A DNA stretch of 64,000 nt from Lingula anatina. Taxonomy: Eukaryota > Animalia > Brachiopoda. The DNA is taken from contig CM120644.1 of assembly GCA_051362555.1 (NCBI GenBank), forward strand, positions 16,700,534 through 16,764,533. The letters run 5' to 3'. The notes beneath the pieces were generated by a model. It saw nothing but the letters and a program-made list of their open reading frames with translations. It was not told the origin of the DNA and searched no databases. Every line of letters begins with the position of its first letter. Position 1 is the stretch's first letter. Positions 14,379 through 27,959 of this stretch are shown here, piece after piece. The position numbers and the translations under genes are program-made.

Positions 14379-14716
14379 AGGGATAATAACTCTTCGTATG
14401 AGGTCTATTTTTCACAATAAAAACATTGTGAATAACTCACAGAAATATAATATATTCTGTGTTATGACAAAAACAGCAGTTATAGCTATTATTCTGATAT
14501 CTGAGCTTGTCTTCAGACCATGTGACCTCCATTGATGGCTATACTCTGTTATAATCTCTTAAGAGATTTTAACAAAAAAAACAAACTTTTTAGAAAAAAA
14601 CCAGAGACTAACTTTGAATGTAAAAATGAATTCATTAACCATTGATTAGTGTGGGAAAATTGTTGTTTACTCCAGGAAAATTCATTTTTTGGCCAAAACG
14701 AAGAGTTATTATCCCT
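14379..14716. mobile_element. TTAA-TSD MITE (Kolobok-like termini)
   Basis: ttaa-AGGGATAATAACTCTTCG...CGAAGAGTTATTATCCCT-ttaa. Confidence 0.8.
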
Positions 14717-15404
14717 TTAACCAATAATTCCAGTTAAATACAATACCCTGGGTTTAATACAATGTACAACCATTGTAATGCATATTTCAAAATCACAAGA
14801 TAATTATTATAATTAAAAATTAATAATATAAATTTTAAAAAAATAACAAAAAAAAGTGAAAAATATGACCACAAATATGATTTTCAATCAATTTTAGTAA
14901 AAACCTTAATGTGGTACTTCTCACAAATAATAAATTGCTACAAATAAATTATTCCATGTATCTATTCTTATTAGAATATGATCACCAATTTGTTTGTAGA
15001 CAATTATAATTGATTCCCTCCATTTACATACATTACTCCATTAATTGTAAATGTAATAGGATTTCAAATCAGTCACAGCTCTTTGGGCAAACAAATATTC
15101 TGGTACTGTACTAGCAATATATGTAAATATGTATATCCATCCAATTCAATTTTGCCTGCTTGACTTGCTGTTTTTGTGAATAAAAATATTTTCTTTATTT
15201 CATGCGCTTCTGCTCACAACTCTAATAAATAAAAAATAAAATATCTATCTCTTTCTCTTATAACAGTATTTACAAAGACTACACAAAGATGTATTTTAAA
15301 AACAAAGGAGAGCTCAAAATCTTTGAGTTTATCGTTGTTGTTTTTTTTCAGTTGACAATTGTGGCATTTCAAAACAGCAAAATGGTCAGTGTCATGTTAA
15401 CACC

Positions 15405-18400
15405 CTACAGGATAGGCTCTGTTCCATTCCAGTCAATCTGTGCATCTTTCCATCTGAAATTAAAAACAAAAAATTACTATTTTCCCTCTCTTTACATTCT
15501 TTTTCTTTATGGTCACAAACAATTTGATTCAGCTCTGATAGGTAAGTAAACATAACATTAAAGTCTGGCAAGTCTCAGTAAAAAGTTCAGTTAAACCTGA
15601 ATCAGATGTAAATGCGTCTTAAGTCCAGGAAACCTACTTTGTTCTAATACAGTGCTCCAGGGGGGGTACCAGGTCGTCATCAGAGGGGGGTTCATAAAAC
15701 CTGTTGGTGGTCTCTGTAAAGGGACAAAAAATATCACGGTTGCTTTTCATTTATCATCAGTATATATTATTGATTAACTTTTGAAAATTATTTCAATGAA
15801 TGACAGTAAAACTGTTATCTTTCATGTCTTTATCTTAGATGAAACTTATTATGTATTACCTGCAATAATTATTTCAAAACTGAAAACAATGTCTCAGAAG
15901 TGAAATCTAGTCTTGTATTGAGATTAATAACAAAGCATAAGCCCACACTCTAAATTGCAAAAAAAAAAAAAATGTAAAACCCATTTTAACCTTTTCATCA
16001 TTTCCTTATATCTTAAGGATGCACCAATGCAAAATCAACATAAAGGAAGAGGGTCTACCTATTTTGACATAAAAATAAGAAAAGTGTATGAACCCCTTTT
16101 TTGCTACAAAACTGAATATTCAGAAAAAAATCTTGCCTCCCTTCTAGGTATAAATAAATACACATAAACACTTCTAAAAAGCTGAAATTTCTGGTTTCTC
16201 TCTCCAAACTTAGATAGGATGTTTAAAAGCACCTATAAATACATATTGTACCAGATGCAATGTACAAATAAAACAAAAAGCTACAAATTGAATGTTTTGT
16301 GGCCTTTACACAAGGACTCACTCCAACAGTACTCTCTGATAATCTATCTGGATTATGATGTAGAAAAATTTCTCTTTTTAAAATACTTTAAAATGCCTCT
16401 TCTTTAAACAGAAAGTTCCATGTCAGCATTACTATTATCATCCTCTTACTCGTTTGGGTATTTTTCTTTTTTTTTTTTGGTGATATTTTCCATCAGAGTG
16501 AGCCCAAGTAATACATACCTGACTTAATCCTTGAGAGTTCTAAATGATTTCATTTATTAAATAATCTGAGTTAAAAATACAAAAATAGCAATTGTTGTTA
16601 GGCTTAAAAAAAAAAAAGAAAAAGAAAACAATTCTCACTTACTGTCCAATATAAGCAAGATCACTTTTAAAAACAACCAATGTTTACTTCATGGTTCTTC
16701 TGAGTAACTTATAACATTAATGTACCACAATAGGCTGCAATATGTATACTGTGAGCTTGATACCAAGTGTTGTACTAGAAATACAAACTGTAATCTTGGC
16801 CACCTTGGCTCATCCTGTGTTTGAGAGATAATTTGAAACTTATCTCTGCTATCAGCATGCTTCTCTCATATCCAGTTACAGTAAATGGCAGAGACTAACA
16901 GAGGAGTATCTCCACTTATCTGAAGAACTCGGGGTGCGCTGGCTATTCTGCCCACACACATATGCACACACGCACACATGCATGCACACAAACACACATG
17001 CATGACCACACATACAAAAGCATGCATGCACACATGCATGCAAGTACTCACAAACAAATGTCCACATGCATGCAAATACACACACAAGCACAAACACAAG
17101 CCTGCAAAATGCACACACACACACACTATTATTTACTTACCTATAGTGAGTCTGATTTCTTCATCCTGCCGTGCCAATCCATCATAGTAGTACAGATCAA
17201 ACTTCCTTTCCACTTTCCAGTCACTCATTAACTCTTTCTTCAGAGAGAACAACACACTGAAATGACTCTCGCTGCAAACCACCCAGATTGGGAACCGTGG
17301 TGTCTTGAGAAATGTACCCACCTGGTGGAGAGAATAAAAAAAGGGGTCACAAGAAATGCAGCAGCCATTTTGGAATTTGGTGCATCCACATCAAACATAA
17401 AAATTGAAGTCATTCTCATTATTTAATCACTATTTAGGTATTTAAGCAATGATGTTTAAGTCAAAGAATACAAAAGAGTTTTACAAAGGTGTGTTTCAGT
17501 TTCAGTATTTGCCCTAGTCAACTAAAACCCACACAAATAACACACAATCTGACGCAGATAGCATATACTCACTTCACACGACTTGTAGTGTTCAAAAAGA
17601 GACAGCAATCCTATGTCGCTTCTGGCATGGATGCCTTTTAGTATCATCTTGGGGCCCGTGCCGGAGTCCAACTCCACTTTGTCATTAAACACATTGGAGG
17701 CAGCCTTGCCACTCAGTATCAGGTTGACTAGTTCCTGGAGAAACAGTACAGTTTTGCAGTAGATAATTTTTATAATCAATCTTGGTAACAACTTTTCAGC
17801 CAAAACTTAATCAAAGTCTCAAGTAGTACATTGATTGTGTTAGCTGTGACAGTGTCACACTCAGGCTCTCACCTGGGAGCAGTACCCATGAGCCCCCATC
17901 AGTGTGTTGGTGGGAACATCCATATCCATCTTCAGCCTAAAACGAGATCATATATTTTCCCATATTATATGTATCACATTGCTGTTACAGTAGTTAAAAA
18001 TTGTTATCTACTAGCTGCTGTGAGATACGGAACTGTGTTGGTTTAACATGGAAATTAAAACAAAAAGCCACCCTGTACCTGACCTTCTGAAAAAATTCTG
18101 ACAAACTTATAAATATATGATAACCTTAGTATCATTATTCACTCGTATCATATATATGATATTTATTAAGTCATCATTCACCAGCTAATGGTTTTCATTA
18201 GAAATTAAAAGAAAGGGTCATCTATTACTTGACCCTCTGACTGAGAAACTTGGTATCATTTTCAACAAAAATGGTCACTGACTCTTTTCAAAATTATCAA
18301 AAGCAGCCCTAAATATCAGACAACTCTGCAGGGCCACCCTTCAACATCCACCCACTCACCTAAACACATAAAACAAATTAATTAAGTAATTAATTAATTA

Positions 18401-20638
18401 AAAAAATTAAAACACTGACAACTTACTCAGGAATTGTTCTTGACAGAATCAAAGAATAGGTGAACAGGACCACACCTGTGCTGCCCTCTAGCTCAAACTG
18501 GAAATGTGAAATAAAAGAGTCCTGTGGAATTCAACTAGGTTTGCATGTGGATTTAACTGCCCAATGAGAAAAATGACAGAAGATTGCATATTTTTGAGTA
18601 ATATGTGAAATTCTAAATATTCATCTATGTGGTATTCATATATAATGTGGTAACAATTCCAGTTCAAATATCTATTATATGACATTCTGATATACAGTAA
18701 TGACTTGATCTTTCCCATGGGGAAAAATATCAATATCATTTGTGCTAATTGTCTGTATAGAATATAACCATTAAGTAACCTGCTTTTCAGTTTCGATGTT
18801 ACCACTCAATAGGAACATTCTTATTTTAAGAATTTACAACTTCAAAAATACAGTATCTGTAAAATTCACAATTTTCCCCATTGAAAACATTGAGTCAGTA
18901 TGGCAATTGTGGTTAATGTAAATACTCACAGTGTTGATATGTTGTTTGATGAATTCATGCAACTCCTCCTGTGTGCTGAAGATGTTCAGAACAAGCTGAA
19001 ATAAATACCAGATACATCTTAACTGACCCCTGAAGATGTCACCCTCTACGGTGTTTTTTCAAGCATCAACTTTCTGCCTTTTAAAGTAACACCAACAACT
19101 AGTATATACAGTTAACTATAACGCAGCTCACTCTGTGTATGTAATAGAATTATAATGGTATTGTATGTATGTAAAAAACACAAAACCTACTAACTCTCAT
19201 TTTTGTAATGAAGAATGTAAAAGAATTCAATCATGATATCAAGCAACTCACTGTTTCCGTAACATTGTCAGGTTTATATCTTCCACTTCCAGCAAATATG
19301 GATCTTCCACATGGCCTGACAAATAGAAAAATATTCTGAAGTATTAAAATTCAAAACAGACAAAATTCTGGCTTAGTGCTCTTTATCCAAACAACATCAG
19401 CTTCAACGTGAAAGGACGTTTTTGTCCATTTAAGGATCCCAAATATTATAAATATAAAACTGCACCATAAATTTCTGCATCATTTCTTTTCTTTTTTTGC
19501 AAAAAGATTAATACTTACAATGTAACTACAGCTTCTTTCTGTTGGCCTGCTCTCCACAAGATGGCACTGATGGCTGCAGCAAGACAAGCTGTCCTCTCTT
19601 TTCTACTGGGTTCCAAACTTAAGTGATAAATAACATCAAAATAAATCAGCATGATGAAAACTAAATACAGTCAAAACTGATAAAGGTAAATCACAATTAG
19701 GTAAACTGCAAATACATGTACAACCCGAAACACTGAATGAAGACAATAACTGGTGTGTGTGGTAGGGGGAGAGAGGTGATGAATTTCACTTTTCATATAC
19801 ACTGAATCTTAAATATGTCCCCAGACCTTTGTTCTACCATGTTAGAACAAGTAACCAGAATATGATTCTAGGACAATCCCACCCCCCTTCCCCAGGACAA
19901 TTCAATGGGATTTAAGGCAGGCATTTATAATTTTTCTCAATATCACATAGTTCATTTTCATTATTATATTCATTACAGAGGGGAATCATACACAGGGGAA
20001 ATGTGGATGTCAGGAATGTCCTGATACCCCAAAGTTATACCTGTCCATTGTAGGTTTTTTTTCTTTGTTGAACAACATTTCCTGCAGCACCATGGCCTGT
20101 ACAGCAGCCAGCACTCCACATGGTCCTCCCTGGAATATATGTATAATACACAAAACTGAGCCCACAAATACACATATTGCACTATTAACTGTAGAGCAAT
20201 GCAAACTAGTAGGGACTGCCCAGTCTACTTTGTGGGTAATTTTTCCTGTCCTACACTATAATAAAGCTCTGATGCTGACAAATATGCCTACTTTAGATAA
20301 ATGAAGGGAAGATCTGTGAAAAAATTTATTTTACAAAATAACCGTCTGTCAAACTGAATCACATTTTAATTGGGTATTCCAATCGCTTTTTTAGATCAAA
20401 CAACAAATATAATGTGCCAAAATTTAAAACCAAAAGATTCTGGTGCTCCTTTCTTCCATATGCATTTAGAAATTTCAAACAGTAAAATATTGTCTTTTAT
20501 CCTATATACAGTATGTTTTAAAGTTCAAGCAGCAGTCATTTAACTTGGTTTCATTAAAACATATAACATTTTATTATTATACAATGTTCTTATCATTTTA
20601 TGTACAACTTCGATCCACTGGGTTGCAATCTTAAGAAG

Positions 20639-20700
<62 letters not shown>

Positions 20701-23216
20701 AAGCAGTCTGCTTCATATGAAAATAAAAAATAGTATGACTATGAAACTGCAAGAAAAATTATGAGTCAAAGTGCAGTATACAAAGACTATAATTTCAATT
20801 ATAATGTATTACAGTACTGGAGCAAATTGATTTCGAAGTATACTGCTTCTGGTGAAAAGTGGTATCTTATTACCTTCCAAAACAAAACTAAGCAATCAAA
20901 TTGATATTCCATATTTTTAACCATTCAGTTTTTAAATCTAAACTCTATATAAATCGAAACACAAAAGACAAAACTAGATTTCTTCTTGAATTTGCAATTT
21001 ACCTTTTTCTGCACAATGCCATACTGTAGCCTAGGTTGATCAGAGAAAGTGAAACTCTGGTACAGCCATTCATCATTGAAGAACTTTGACGCTGTGCCAA
21101 ATATTACTGTTTTTAGTTCCTGTAAAAAACAAAAAAATGACATCTTATTTGTTACGTAACAAATGTTCACAAAACAGGAAGTATAATATACACAAACAAA
21201 CCCTGTATGTATGACATTCATGATCTAGAATATGAAACATGTTGTATATGATTTAAAGTGTGATAAAAAAAAAAGGACTTGTTTTCCAAAGTGGCAAATT
21301 TATACTACTATAAAGGTAATTTAATTTCAAATAGCAGAAAACTGAACATGCCAGAAATGCAGGCATCAACTATTTGACTAATTTTTATTTTTATTTTTAT
21401 TTTTAACAATGTTTATTCAAAGGAAATGGAGGCAAAGCGCTAAAAGCATTAGATGCCCTCCATGTAAAACTATTTGACTAATAGTGAAGTCTTGAGGGGA
21501 CTACAAGTAATAGTTCCCAGTGAGAGGAAATATAACCCCCCACATCACCATTATCTGTAACCAGCATGGCCCTTTCCTTTTGTACATCTAACAAATTTAT
21601 ATTTTTACACCCAAGGCTTGTGTACTCACCACAGCTGTCTGGATATCTATTGGTCTTGCATTAGTAATGAGATTAGATTTCTGCGTCTTTGCAATGGGTT
21701 TGTGCACCTCCTGGACGTGTAATTCCGCCATTTCCGCCTCCAGGTCATCTTCATCGCCAACTTCCAAATCACCCACCTTGCACAAGTTTTTAGCACCAGA
21801 CCTGAAAATTTATGAATAATGAAGTATGGTTAAAAGAAGTTAATGAAATTAATTGAAAAAAATAATAAATAAATGAAAATGAATAAATTATATAAACAGA
21901 ACATTTATTAAAATCAATTCAAAACTATAGTGTTTACAAAAGTCTGGCATAGCCCGTACTTTATCATTTCACAAATTCAATCATGTTACTGATTGGAAAA
22001 ATACCAAACATACCTTTTTTTGTTAATCTCTAACTGAATATTACAACCACTTATGTTATATGACATGCAAAAATTTAGAGTGAAAGTGATCCTGAGAAAC
22101 CTCCTTACCTGCTACCAGTAGAGGAACCACTACCACCCCTAGACATAACATTCTCCTTGATACTTGATATATTCACATCATAACCATCAAGTTCAAGGTC
22201 ATCTCTCTTCCTGTGCCTGCTATTAGGTCTAGGAGATGGCTTGTCTTGAGCACTAGTGCTGACATCTGGTTGGGGTTCTCTGGATTCCTTCTGACTGCTT
22301 CTCCGACCATGTCGACTTGTGGGTCTTTCTGGTGTTGATAAATCCAGGCCGTCATTATCAAAACTGTGTTGTTTTTTATTTGCAAGATTCATATGTCCAT
22401 CTGTTGAGTCTTGGTCCATGTTATGGTGGTGATGGTGATGGCGTTTATGGTGGTGGTGATGATGAGATCTTGGTTTATGTTCCTCAATTTTCAAAACAGG
22501 CTCACCAATGTCTAACACATCTTCAATTCTTCCAGAATCTTGCCTCAAATCTGTTCTTTTATGTCCTGTAGACTTAACATGGGAATCGTGCTGCATCCTA
22601 TGGCCAGCAGATATCTCTGAGGCATTTGAAAATGTATTACTGATATCGGGTTCTTTGTATGGCAACTGGTTGTCCAAGGTGTGGTTAGTGTTTGGACGGC
22701 TATGGTGGTGTGATGATGTGGGCCTCTTCGTTTTCTTTCTGTCTCTTCCCTGTATAAATGATGGAAAACATCGGAAAAGACATTAGTGTGAATAATATTA
22801 TATAACTGTTTTTATTATTTCTTTTTATTTATTTATTTATTTATCTATTTATTTATTTATTTTTTTTTTTTTGTATTGCATACCATGGACACTAGTATTA
22901 TATATAAACATGGTAATGCACATTTATAGGTTATATGGGAGAGAGGCTTTAAATCTCTGAATAAACTAACATATCCCAATCCCATTAAAAAATGTGAATC
23001 CATACCATGGTAAACTTTATCATTAGTATTTTTTATTATTTTCTATTCTTTTTTTTTTTTCAAAGGAGGCAATATCTCCAATTCTTGTCACATTGTCATT
23101 TCTGATATATAACTCATGTTTTTTGGCAAGTACTGGACCATGCTAGGTGGAACAACATATACAGTTCTAACAACTTAGTTACTGTTTTATCCTTTTTTAT
23201 TTATAATAATTTTTTT

Positions 23217-23247
<31 letters not shown>

Positions 23248-25760
23248 TCCACACATGATTTTTTTATAAAAGTCTTGTACTTTCATACCCACCTCTATAT
23301 TGCTGGAAATGGGTCCTGACATCCCTCTCAGTTTCCCAGATTTCAACCTTGTCGTCCCACCAGGTGGCAGTAAGGTAGCAGTATCTTCTCGCTCCCTGTC
23401 CATGATCCCAGCTCGCCCCTCTCCTCCCAGTGTCTCTCCCTCTGTTGTGTCTTCTAGCAACATCTCTGAATGTTTTGGAGGTGGTGCTACACATATAAAT
23501 AGGAAGATATCGAGACAAGATTATACAGATATAGCTGGGGTAGCCCTGTCAATTTTTTTTCAGCCAAATCACTACTTTTTCATGGTTTAATTTTCCAAAT
23601 GGTTTAATTTTGACTTATCACATTTTGTTTCTAAAGCCAACTTTAGTCAGTTTTAGCATTTGGCTAAATTGGCAAGTGTCAGCGCTACCCCAGTATAGAT
23701 ACTGATAAAGAAGTTTTTTATCAAAATAAATACTTTATTTTGGAGCTGTATTATATATACTAGGAATATGTGTGGTTAATCTTATGTGTGGTTAATCTCA
23801 TTATCTGTCTTTGAAGTGTTTTATTGAATCATAAACAGTCAAAGTGAGCAAATCTCTGAGTATGTTGGAAGTGGTGCTATGGATATAGATAGCAATTTAA
23901 AGATACAAATATGGAAAAATAGATATGAAAATAATAAGATATATTGATGCCTGCAAAGGACAAAAACAAACTATAAGCTACAATATAATCAACAACACTA
24001 TATGGAAACTGTTTTTGCAAAAATCAATCCCATCGCACTGCATTAGAATACTTACTGATACTTTATTTGGTAAATAATTATACTAAAGTGTAACTCCAGA
24101 TATAATTGTCTCATAAGTTCCTTTTTTATGGCATATTTCATTTGATCACTTCGATCATTCACATTGAGCAAATTTCAAATCTGACAATGTTTTATATCAC
24201 CAATTACACAGTAATTACATTGCAAATAAAAAAGGAATCCAATTCTAACCTTTTTTCCTAGGTTTGGCTACAGGGGTCTCTATAGCATCATCACACCTAT
24301 GACCAGATGTATCTGGAACCTCTGCAGGCTTTTTCTTCTCAGCATCATTCCGTACATCATCTTCATTGTGGTTTGGTGTACTACTGCTGCCTTTCTCCAT
24401 GAGGTGTTTTATTATAACTTCCAGCATGGCACGCAGGGGATTTTCCAATTCCTGTAACAAAATTTCATGATATATCACAATACCCTAACTACTGCCTACA
24501 CACTTACTGCAGGTTTTTAAGGTTTTAACAATAACAACCTGTATTGCCTTATCTTTTCAGGCCTATATCACGAATAAATTACTGTATAACCATGGAAATG
24601 TACTTTTCTATGATATGATTTAATGCACAATAGAAACTGATGCTTGTGTCACAGTGGTTATTATTTATGAAGTAAATGCTGATAGTCTGTAGGTAGTACT
24701 GTACACATGTAGTTTATTATTATTATTTCTGAATATCCACAACATAAGGCTGAGTCCAAGGCATATGTGACGGGGGGAGGGGGATCAGGATTATTTGAAG
24801 GGGGGACGTAACGACAGACCTCAGATGTGAAACTGGCCATTGCCCCTTTGTGGGGTTTGGCGCCTGCTCAAATAATTTTTGGTGTTTGGAGGGAAACGGT
24901 GCCCTTTGATACAGTTTAGAACTATGATTTATCTAGCCAAAATTCTAACTTCAAGAGGAAAATATTGCTGTGATATATTTTTCAGAAGCTGAAGGTGTAA
25001 ACATAAACAACTCGTCTCTCATGTATTTATAAGAAAAAAGAAATTCAGTCAAAAAATGACAAACTTGTAATCACAACAGTACTATATTTAAAGCATTTCG
25101 TCTGTCACAATTAAAAGTGCTTAAAAACTTCTGCGTACCCTGTTTTTCTTCATAAGTTTCTCAATTTGTAACTCTTTGATGAGGAGTGGCCTTTTGCTGA
25201 TGCTGTCCTCAGTCCTGGGCATCTCTTCATCCATCATCTGAAGGGTGCATCGCAGACCCTACAATTATAGGTGATTTACCATAAAGTAACACTACTACTA
25301 ACAGACCATTTTTTTTTTTCTTTTTTTTTTTGTCATCAACAAAACTTACTTTTTTTTCGCAGGCCCTTGGTGGTAGCTATGATTGTTTTAAAAGAAGAAT
25401 TGACGTACGAAGTTTACTACAACTAAGTACAACTGAAACTGTGAAAGTTTAAACAGTAGCCGATAAATAAAAACTTCAAGAAAATAAAATAAATAAGGAC
25501 TCTCATGAGTCTACCAGTGTTTGCAATAACAACTAAAATAAATTATTTAATCACACAAAGGTTCTCAAAACAAAGCTAAAACTGTGTTCTTGCTTAAAAG
25601 AAATATGTTGAAAATTGGGATCCTGGAAACTCGCCGGAGCGCCTATTTGTTTACATTGGATTCCACCAAAGAATGGAAAATAAATAAAAATCTTTACCTT
25701 TCTGCTCAAGTACTCTCTCACCACCGATGCTGCTACAGTCTCAGCAGTTGGATTTGCCAT
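15405..25760 (-). CDS. MINDY4: MINDY4 / FAM188B probable deubiquitinase, 17 exons, ~802 aa
   Basis: GT-AG exons in continuous frame: 25760-25698, 25258-25139, 24451-24250, 23465-23293, 22749-22109, 21801-21630, 21119-21003, 20129-20041, 19617-19519, 19315-19252, 18995-18930, 18497-18427, 17936-17873, 17734-17573, 17321-17141, 15713-15638, 15453-15405. Motifs: [29 protein letters not shown] (Cys), [26 protein letters not shown] (His), [21 protein letters not shown]-terminal DWNGTEPIL. Confidence 0.93.
20640..20698. repeat. (ATT)n microsatellite; others: CA-rich 16953-17126, (TG)n 27899-27950, (CT)n 32718-32754 and 39105-39138, (AAT)n 36068-36116, (TA)n 62173-62239
   Basis: Direct reading of simple repeats. 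Confidence 0.9.
23535..23693. mobile_element. short MITE with 5-bp TSD in a MINDY4 intron
   Basis: tatag-CTGGGGTAGCCCTGTCA...TGTCAGCGCTACCCCAG-tatag. Confidence 0.8.
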
Positions 25761-25766
25761 TTTCAT

Positions 25767-26043
25767 GTAATTCAGATAACTAAGTTAAGTAAAATGTGCA
25801 TTTTTTATCACTGAAATTCAGTAAACGATTTTTCTTCAACAGGAGGCCGCCATGTTCTATCTCGGAATTTCTCGCGACGACGAATATGGGTCTTTTTTTA
25901 GCATTACTATTTGTTGCTAACTTATATATCAAAAGTAAACTAATAAGTCGATTTCTTCCTGTTAATAAGGTTTAATTAAGTTTAAAAAGCTACATAGCAG
26001 TATGATTATAATCTCGCATAAACTTTAGATAACGGGATTTAAA
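25767..26043. promoter_or_regulatory. bidirectional promoter region MINDY4/MOB4
   Basis: Divergent start codons are ~280 bp apart. YY1-like GCCGCCATGTT at ~25846-25856 and a partial TCTCGCGA palindrome at ~25870-25877. Confidence 0.6.
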
Positions 26044-27896
26044 ATGGCTGAAACACAGATAATGGTTCGACGAAATTTGCCAGGCACAAAATATGAGGTT
26101 TGTTGCACATTATGGCTCTGGATTGCAATAGATAGCTCTGCATCAATAAGTTTAGATATTTCTTTCACAGTCTTAAGTCATTGATTGTTTTTTCGGGGGC
26201 GTCTCGATAGTCCGAAGGTTCATTGGTCCGAAGGTTCATTGGTCCGAAAAGTGGTAACATTTCCATCGATTTTTTAATCAAGGGTTCATTGGTCCGAACG
26301 TTCTATAGTGAATATTCGGACCAATGAACCTTCGGACTATTGAACCTTCGGACTATTGCTACGGCCCCGTTTTTTCATGCTCTCTGGCATAGATCTTGTT
26401 TATAAAAATCCTCACCTAGCCCAAATATACAGAATGACAGTTCTCGCTCGTTTATAAATGTGTTAATGTCTTCAACTGACTGTTAATGTAACCAGGTTTT
26501 CTAGTAACTTGGTCACTCAGCATGGATAAATGATAAATGAACAAAAAATGAATACAGATTTCTTAAGATTAAAGTCTGTTTTAAATTAAAGTTTGATGTG
26601 TTGTTAAATAAAGAAACTGATAGCGACTTGACGTGAGAAACTTTCATACATGTATTATGTGATTTACATTAGGAATGGTGTAACTGGCCTGATGAGACGT
26701 TTGAAGAAATGGACAGCACTCTGGCAGTGCAGCAGGTTTGTGGCTGGATGGGTCTACCACTGTGTGTGTGTGAGAGAGTGTATGTGTGTGTCTGTTTGTG
26801 TGAATGAGTGTGTGTGTGCGTGCATGCATGTGTGTGTGTGTGTGGGTAGAGAGAGCAAAGAGAGGGAGGAAGAGAGATGGTCTGGGTGGGCATTCTCTTG
26901 AGAGAGAGAGAAATGTATAAATGAAATGATTTGCATTGCAATTTTAATTTAACATGCAAGAAGTTAATGTCATTCTACTATTCCTAACATAAACACATCT
27001 TCATAAGAAATTATGTGAGTAGCATGTAAAGTTAGAATTATTGAATATTATTATTAACATTATTCAATATCCCCATATGAATGTTATATCTGTTCTTCCA
27101 CTCAGTATATCCAGCAGTCAATAAGAAAGGACATCCAGAATGTTGAGAACATTCTCACTCCCCCAGAGAGCCAAGATGAAGGGGTGTGGAAGTATGAACA
27201 CCTAAGGTACTAGACTGGGTTCCCACGTATCTCCCTGGGGAGTCGCGCTATATTGCCATCAAATTAACCCACTTAAATGTCTTGTCACGCCTACCAAATT
27301 AGCTATGGGGTAGAGATAAAATATTTACTTTATGACAAAGTCATTTTCAGAGGCCTCGGACTTTGACAAAAATAGATATAGTTTATAACGGGGGTAGACT
27401 CAGACAAGGACTGAATCGTCCCAAACTACAATGTTGTCAATGGGGTTGGGATTTTGAACCATGTTTTATAAAGTTAAGTTCTGTGCTACCCATTGAACTG
27501 TATTTTATAATATATTTTCAGGCAATTTTGTATGGAGCTGAATGGACTGGCTGTCAAACTCCAGGTAGAGGTTAGTTGCTTATCCTGCTGCTTGTACTGG
27601 CATTGCTGCAGTCTTTCCTTTACAGTTATGATCATGTTCACATCTGAAATAATTTAGACCAGATAAATGGTGCCACCAGGTGACAAGATTACATAGTCAT
27701 TCAAGTGACCATTTGCATTTTAAAATGTATATTTTATAAAACTGTACTTGGTATTTATTCTTATGCCCCTTTTCTGGTGATGTTATTTGGATTACTGGTG
27801 TGATCCAAGTTAGTTCTTTTGTGAACACTGCCTGTCTTCTACCTTCAAAATGGTATCCTAGCAACCAAGTATCAACCCCAGCTTCAAAATACTGTC

Positions 27897-27959
<63 letters not shown>

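Noticed and set aside
16866-17231. Cys/His/Val-rich ORFs (also 26644-26959 and 27800-28027)
   Set aside because: These are translations of CA/TG microsatellites within introns.
26205-26360. 16-bp repeats in MOB4 intron 1 as a possible array
   Set aside because: They are arranged as inverted arms of a foldback MITE.
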